A stretch of 64,000 nucleotides of DNA from an uncultured delta proteobacterium (lineage in GTDB: Bacteria > Desulfobacterota > Binatia > UBA9968), in NCBI GenBank assembly GCA_963745835.1, contig CAVUZH010000016.1:192001-256000 (forward strand). Direction: 5' to 3'. The notes under the pieces are model-generated. The model searched no databases. It was not told the origin of the DNA and was given only the letters and a program-made list of their open reading frames with translations. Below are positions 59,032-64,000 of this stretch, piece by piece. The stretch's first letter is position 1. Each line of letters begins with the position of its first letter. Made by a program: the position numbers and the translations under genes.

Positions 59032-60717
59032 ATGAATGACATCTTTATCAGCTATGACAGCGCCGATCGGGCGATTGCGCAGAAATTTGCCGACGCTTTG
59101 GAATCGCGCGGCTGGTCGGTCTGGTGGGACCGGGAGATTCCGCTAGGTAAAGCATTCGATCAGGTAATTGAGGAAGAGTTGAATGCGGCGCGCTGCGTGA
59201 TCGTCTTGTGGTCGAATCAGTCGGTGCGCTCGAGATGGGTGAAGACCGAAGCGGCGGCGGCCGCCGATCGAGATTGTCTGCTTCCGGTGTTGATTGAGGA
59301 TATCGCCATTCCGTTCGAGTTTAAACGCATCCAAACGGCAATGCTCATGAACTGGCGCGGAGACGATTCCGATCCCGAGTTCAACAGGCTAATTGCGGCC
59401 ATCGAACAGCTGGCTAGGGAGCCGGCGCGCTCACTTCCGTTCCCAGGTGCAAGCCAGACGAACAAGCCGGCCCGAAGACGAATGCCAACGGCCCGATGGA
59501 TTATTGCCGCTGCGGTTGCTTTGCTGGTCATTGCCGGCGCCGTAGCCGTAAGAAATCTTGTTCGGCAGGCTGACCCGCCGCCACAGCAAATATCGTCCGG
59601 GTCCGGCAACCCTCCCGCGCCGGCAACACAGCCGGCCGGGTCACCCGAGCCTATACCGGAACCCTCCCGCGGCACGGCGAAATCAACCGCATCGCATGGC
59701 GCCTTCTCGATCAAGATTGGTGACAAAATTGCCGACGGCGTTCCAGGAGCCGGCGCCGGCATTATCGAGACGCCGTACGGCCAGGATGTTTATGTATTTA
59801 AGGCTGCTCCCCGGCAAAGAGTTTATTTCCGTCTGCTCGGCCGCAGCACCGGAATGGATTATATCAATTGGAAATTAACCGATGCGGACGGCACCGAGGT
59901 ATTCAACGCTTGCTTGGGATGTTCCGAACCGGGAGTGCGGGCGCTTACCAAGGGCGGCACCTACACACTGACGATCGGCAACGACAAAAATCCCGCCACC
60001 GGAACTTATCAGATTCAGCTGTTCGACGTGCCGCCGCCTAAACAATTTTCGATAAAGATCGGCGATCAGATCAAGGAGGATGTACCGGGTCCGGGAGCGG
60101 GGATCATCGAAAGTCCCGGCGCCCAGGATATCTACACCTTCGATGCAAGGCCGCGGCAAAAAATCTATTTCCGACCTTGGGAGCACAGCGCCGGCATGTC
60201 CTATATTAAATGGCAGTTAACCGATAGCGACGGCACGGTGGTGTTCGATACATGCCTGGGCTGCGGCGAACTTGGAGTTCAGACCCTCACTAAAGGCGGA
60301 ACCTATAGCCTCGCAGTAGGCCATGAGAGTAATCCGGCCACTGGCACGTATCGACTGCAACTCTACGATGTGCCTTTGTCGAAGCAATTCTCGATAAAGC
60401 TAGGCGATCGAATCAGGCCCGGTATGCCGGCTGCCGGAGCCGGAACAATTGAAACTCCGGGAACGGAGGACGTTTATGTATTCAGCGCTACGGCGGGGCA
60501 AAAAGTCTCCTTTCGAATAACAGAACGCAGCAAGGGAATGGATTACATCAACTGGCGCTTAGCCGATGACAACGGCATGGAGCTGTTTAACAGTTGTCTT
60601 GCTTGCGGTGAGCGCGGCGTCCAGACGCTGAGCAAAGGCGGCACTTACACCCTGACGATCGGCAATACCCGAAACCCTGCCACCGGCGATTACGGTTTTG
60701 AGATTGGCGCCCCCTGA
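59032..60717 (+). CDS. TIR domain - single TM - 3x beta-rich CxxC repeat protein
   Basis: DIFISY, WWDREI, VLWS..S..SRWV..E TIR motifs; TM WIIAAAVALLVIAGAVAV; Pro-rich linker; three 114-aa repeats. Confidence 0.85.
   Translation: MNDIFISYDSADRAIAQKFADALESRGWSVWWDREIPLGKAFDQVIEEELNAARCVIVLWSNQSVRSRWVKTEAAAAADRDCLLPVLIEDIAIPFEFKRIQTAMLMNWRGDDSDPEFNRLIAAIEQLAREPARSLPFPGASQTNKPARRRMPTARWIIAAAVALLVIAGAVAVRNLVRQADPPPQQISSGSGNPPAPATQPAGSPEPIPEPSRGTAKSTASHGAFSIKIGDKIADGVPGAGAGIIETPYGQDVYVFKAAPRQRVYFRLLGRSTGMDYINWKLTDADGTEVFNACLGCSEPGVRALTKGGTYTLTIGNDKNPATGTYQIQLFDVPPPKQFSIKIGDQIKEDVPGPGAGIIESPGAQDIYTFDARPRQKIYFRPWEHSAGMSYIKWQLTDSDGTVVFDTCLGCGELGVQTLTKGGTYSLAVGHESNPATGTYRLQLYDVPLSKQFSIKLGDRIRPGMPAAGAGTIETPGTEDVYVFSATAGQKVSFRITERSKGMDYINWRLADDNGMELFNSCLACGERGVQTLSKGGTYTLTIGNTRNPATGDYGFEIGAP
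59704..60717 (+). repeat. three tandem 342-bp coding repeats
   Basis: FSIK(I/L)GD starts at 59704, 60046 and 60388; shared GAG.IE.P, D.Y.F, CLxC, KGGTY, NPATG.Y. Confidence 0.9.
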
Positions 60718-60772
60718 GTCATCAATTGACGCCATCTGGATAACGGTTGACTCGCTTCTATAGGTGATTTAG

Positions 60773-60983
60773 CCCTAATCCGACAATAGTTGAGCACCGT
60801 CAACAGTGAGCGAGGATGGCGAGACCGCAAGCTGTGGGCACCCGAGGGCGCAGTTGGCTCTAAGGCCCGGGAGTAGGAACATCACCGTTAGGGGAATGTG
60901 GGGTGCCCTTCAAGGCACTATCCCATTGCCCACGGCTGTAGGGCTCGCCTGCCTCGCGGCGTTCGAACAATGTCGGATTAGGG
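60773..60983. mobile_element. MITE-like 211-bp element with highly structured interior
   Basis: perfect TIR CCCTAATCCGACA/TGTCGGATTAGGG; TTAG on both flanks (60769-72, 60984-87); nested internal stems; no transposase. Confidence 0.65.
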
Positions 60984-61546
60984 TTAGCTGGTGGACATGA
61001 TCGACTTCTAAGAGGTCTCTTGTTTTTTACCATAACGATCGTCGCTCAGGACGGAAGAGCACATGAGTAAAGTAGCGCTGCGCTGAAGGCACGCTATTCA
61101 GATCGACCCGTTCTCTTTAAAAAGAGATAGTTCAGAAGTAAGCAAACATGATCATTAGTCAGGTCATCTGTTTCGTTTAAACCCGTCGCTCTAGCCTGTA
61201 TTCGAAAGCTTAAAGTGCGATGTAATCCCTTATTCGTCAACTGAAGCCCCCTGCGTCTCTTCGCCGTTTGCAAGGTCTTTAAATTCCTGTCGGTTGATTC
61301 ACCCATAGCGCTTGTGCTATGAACCGCGCCCTCGCTGCGCAGTGACAACCCGCCTTCCTTTGGCAGCCTGTCAAAGGCGCTGCGCTGGCGAGGCCCAAAG
61401 GAGGCGATATGCTAGACCTACGACCTTGGCTTGTATCTCTCGTCATCGGATTGGGTTTTTGGGGTTTTGTTTCTGTCTGCTTATCGTTGCTCATGCACTA
61501 GCGACTGCGCGGCAGGTCACGACCTCTAGGCATGGAGAGAAACATC

Positions 61547-61666
61547 ATGACGGTTCTGATAGTCAATTTCCTCATTGCGGCGCAGTGGTTATTCAGTGCC
61601 ACTCTGCAAGACAAGCGACACTCCCGAGAAGCCATAAGCCACCCGAAGGCCGTCGGTGGGGTCTAG
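61547..61666 (+). CDS. putative 39-aa small hydrophobic protein
   Basis: GGAG RBS, then MTVLIVNFLIAAQWLFSATLQDKRHSREAISHPKAVGGV. Confidence 0.3.
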   Translation: MTVLIVNFLIAAQWLFSATLQDKRHSREAISHPKAVGGV

Positions 61667-61675
61667 CAACCGCTG

Positions 61676-61975
61676 CTAAGCGGACATTCCCGCGTTTGCC
61701 TCCTTGGAAGCAATTCGCTCCCAGTCGTCAATGCGCCCGCGCTGGTATCGGTCATGACCTTCCAGTTTAACCAGCTTATTATACAGGCCAATGATCAGCC
61801 AGGTGGGCACCCACTGAGCGATGAAGTTTCCCCATTTCCCTTTGCCAGCCACTTGGCAAGCCAGTGAGAGCCCCATAGCACCGATAGCGACAGCGAGATA
61901 CCCAGCTGACGGTACAGCGGCTGTGTAAGATTCGATTGTTTTTGTGAACTGGTCTTCAATTGGTCGTGGTTCCAT
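61676..61975 (-). CDS. small membrane hypothetical protein
   Basis: RBS AGGAGGT; hydrophobic segment and GNFIAQWVPTWLIIGLYNKLVKLEGHD. Confidence 0.75.
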   Translation of the reverse strand: MEPRPIEDQFTKTIESYTAAVPSAGYLAVAIGAMGLSLACQVAGKGKWGNFIAQWVPTWLIIGLYNKLVKLEGHDRYQRGRIDDWERIASKEANAGMSA

Positions 61976-62000
61976 TTGACACCTCCTAGGCTGTCACCCC

Positions 62001-62015
62001 GCAATAGCAAGGCCA
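62001..62015 (-). promoter_or_regulatory. sigma54 (-24/-12) promoter
   Basis: minus strand TGGC-CTTGCTA-TTGC with exact GG-N10-GC spacing, just before the RBS of 61676-61975. Confidence 0.55.
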
Positions 62016-62453
62016 GCCTTTGATTGCTTGGGCACGGGATTCTAGATCCTGTTTCTGTGCAAGATGTTGGAAGTCAGGTTGTAAGTGTCTCGGATCTGAC
62101 TCGCTCTCCTCCTAGCGACGCTCGCCTCGACACTCGAAATAGAACCCGACGGCTGGTAAGCTTTTCAGACGGTGCCAACCGCAAAGAAATCAATCGTTGC
62201 ACGGGAGCGGCTCAACGTTATCGAACCGATCTCTGTCACTACAGCCTTACAATTGGACGGTTGCGGCATGACCATCTTGGGTCTAGACTCCGCGGCAGGG
62301 CGTTCCTCAGGGCTCCACGCCTGACAATGCGCGTTATACGCTTCGTTGGCTGTTACGATGCATAAACCGCGTTTCATTGACCACTGCACTGGCGCAGCAG
62401 TCTCCTTATGGGCCCGTCCGCATCAGTTGTAGCCTCAGAAAAAAAGGAGATCG

Positions 62454-63590
62454 ATGAACAGGCAACCAGAAGAGATGAATCGGGACTCGCAAACCGAAAT
62501 GGCCGACAGCGAACGCAACCTAGAAAAGCTCCAGCATAGCGAGGAACAATTTCGGTTGCTAGTGGAAGGCGTTAAAGATTACGCCATTTACATGCTGAGT
62601 CCGAAGGGTATTGTTACAACCTGGAACTCCGGGGCACAACGTATCAAAGGCTATCGAACCGAAGAAATCGTTGGACAGCACTTTTCGTGTTTCTTTACCG
62701 CACAGGACCGTGAGGCCGGTAAGCCGAAAAAAATATTGGAAATAGCGGCAGCAGCGGGAACATTTGAAGAAGAAAATTTGCGGGTCCGAAAGAACGGCTC
62801 GGTATTTTGGGCCAATATATTGATCACCGCGCTCTACAATAATGGCGGAGAGTTGTATGGATTCGCCAAGGTTGTCCGCGACATTACCGAACGCAAAGAG
62901 GCGGAGCAAAAACTTCGTGAGCATGAACGACTAGCCGCCTTGGGAACTACAGCCGCTGTTTTTGCGCATGAGATCGGCAATCCTTTAAATGGTCTTTCAA
63001 CTTCACTGCAAATTGTTAGTAAGTTTCTCGCCGGGTCGGCCGATCCGGTGGTCGAAGAAACACTTGAAATGTCGCGTCAAGAACTTCAGCGGCTGACTAC
63101 ATTACTAAATGAGTATCGTTCGTTTGCCAAACCTCAAGGCGTAAACATTGAAATGACGGATGTGCGACAACTTTTTGAGGAGGTTCTCGCTCCTGCGATC
63201 TCACACTATGAAGATTGTGGCATCAACGTCGAGCTCGAATTTAATACCAAGTTGCCACTGATCCCAGTTGATCGAGAGAAGATCAAGCAGGTCATTCTAA
63301 ATCTCTGCAAGAACGCCGTTGAAGCGATGCCCGAGGGCGGCAGCCTGAGGTGCCGGGGTTACCAGAGAGCCGACCGTATGATCATAGAAGTTGCCGACAC
63401 CGGGACGGGCATCCCTGAAGGGCTCAACGTTTTTCAGCTGTTCAAAACCACCAAGCCCCAAGGTACCGGGTTGGGGCTTCCCATCGTAGAGCAGATTATA
63501 AGCGAGCACCACGGAAGCGTGCATCATGTTACTGAGCTTGAAAAAGGCACTGTGTTCATAGTCTCACTTCCGCTAGACCATACTAAGTAG
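62454..63590 (+). CDS. PAS/PAC sensor histidine kinase
   Basis: VKDYAIYML..G...WNSGA, FAKVVRDITERK, AHEIGNPL, NLCKNA, GTGLGL. Confidence 0.92.
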   Translation: MNRQPEEMNRDSQTEMADSERNLEKLQHSEEQFRLLVEGVKDYAIYMLSPKGIVTTWNSGAQRIKGYRTEEIVGQHFSCFFTAQDREAGKPKKILEIAAAAGTFEEENLRVRKNGSVFWANILITALYNNGGELYGFAKVVRDITERKEAEQKLREHERLAALGTTAAVFAHEIGNPLNGLSTSLQIVSKFLAGSADPVVEETLEMSRQELQRLTTLLNEYRSFAKPQGVNIEMTDVRQLFEEVLAPAISHYEDCGINVELEFNTKLPLIPVDREKIKQVILNLCKNAVEAMPEGGSLRCRGYQRADRMIIEVADTGTGIPEGLNVFQLFKTTKPQGTGLGLPIVEQIISEHHGSVHHVTELEKGTVFIVSLPLDHTK

Positions 63591-63625
63591 ATCAAGGCTC
63601 TAAGTCGAAGCTAGGTTGTACGTCG

Positions 63626-64000
63626 ATGAAGAAGATCTTGATTGTCGAAGATCATCCTGGCATGCGTGAAGCCCTGCGGCGACAAATCCAATCCTGGGGC
63701 TTTGCTGCTATCACAGCAAGAAACGGTAAGGAGGGCGTCGCGACCGCGCTTAAGGAAAAGGCCGACCTAATTATGATTGACTTGATGATGCCTGAGATGG
63801 ATGGCCTACAGATGACGGAAATACTGCGATCAAACCCCGAGACCAAAGAAGTGCCCATTATAGCTGTACCGTCCTATAGCTGTGACCGCAGCATTTCGGC
63901 GACAAGACAGACAAAACTGCATGGGAGTGGGATGCAACGACTACATAGTCAAGCCGTTCAAGCTTGAGGAACTGCAGAAAAAAATCAACGCTCTTGTCCA
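63626..64000 (+). pseudogene. response regulator disrupted by a 16-nt insertion; runs off the window end
   Basis: VEDH, IDLMMPEMDG, PIIAV; the C-terminal CNDYIVKPFKLEEL lies in another frame after duplicated TATAGCTGT. Confidence 0.8.

Noticed and set aside
60896-60925. TPP riboswitch (GGGGTGCC start)
   Set aside because: Lacks CTGAGA and the downstream GAACCTG core
59032-60987. Retron-TIR system (TIR gene plus inverted-repeat-bounded RNA)
   Set aside because: No reverse transcriptase nearby; the TTAG direct-repeat flank fits an insertion element better
60806-61000. 64-aa ORF inside the structured element
   Set aside because: No RBS or protein-like features, and it crosses the element boundary
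61094-61494. Short minus-strand ORFs (71 and 84 aa)
   Set aside because: No clear RBS or motif; likely decayed or non-coding sequence
1-64000. tRNA, rRNA, CRISPR array, transposase, integrase or reverse transcriptase genes
   Set aside because: No recognisable cloverleaf, rRNA motif, repeat-spacer periodicity or catalytic motif (DDE, YADD) found by eye

Overview
A gene-dense, GC-rich bacterial chromosome segment. The gene mix (Bug/TctA transporter, NitT/TauT ABC system, UbiD, orphan Mo-hydroxylase subunit, heme-oxygenase-like protein) suggests a deltaproteobacterium-like lineage such as Ca. Binatia; this is inference. Housekeeping content: rimP-nusA-ylxR-infB-DUF503-rbfA-truB operon, dnaB, queF, CCA-adding enzyme, trmI, pckG, an NtrB/NtrC-type pair, thiE (frameshifted) and hemQ/chdC. 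No rRNA, tRNA, CRISPR array or transposase was recognised. The most interesting items are: (1) a TIR-domain/single-TM/3x114-aa CxxC-repeat receptor-like protein (59032-60717); (2) directly after it, a 211-bp element with perfect 13-bp terminal inverted repeats, a TTAG direct-repeat flank and extensive internal pairing (60773-60983); (3) a Co-type nitrile hydratase with a split beta subunit (thiocyanate-hydrolase scnBAC layout), packed between pckG and two paralogous unknown genes; (4) a candidate structured sRNA with exposed anti-SD motifs (54028-54153); (5) DnaA-box-like sites and an AT-rich tract upstream of dnaB; (6) two frameshift lesions. All calls come from reading motifs by eye; no database searches or folding computations were run.
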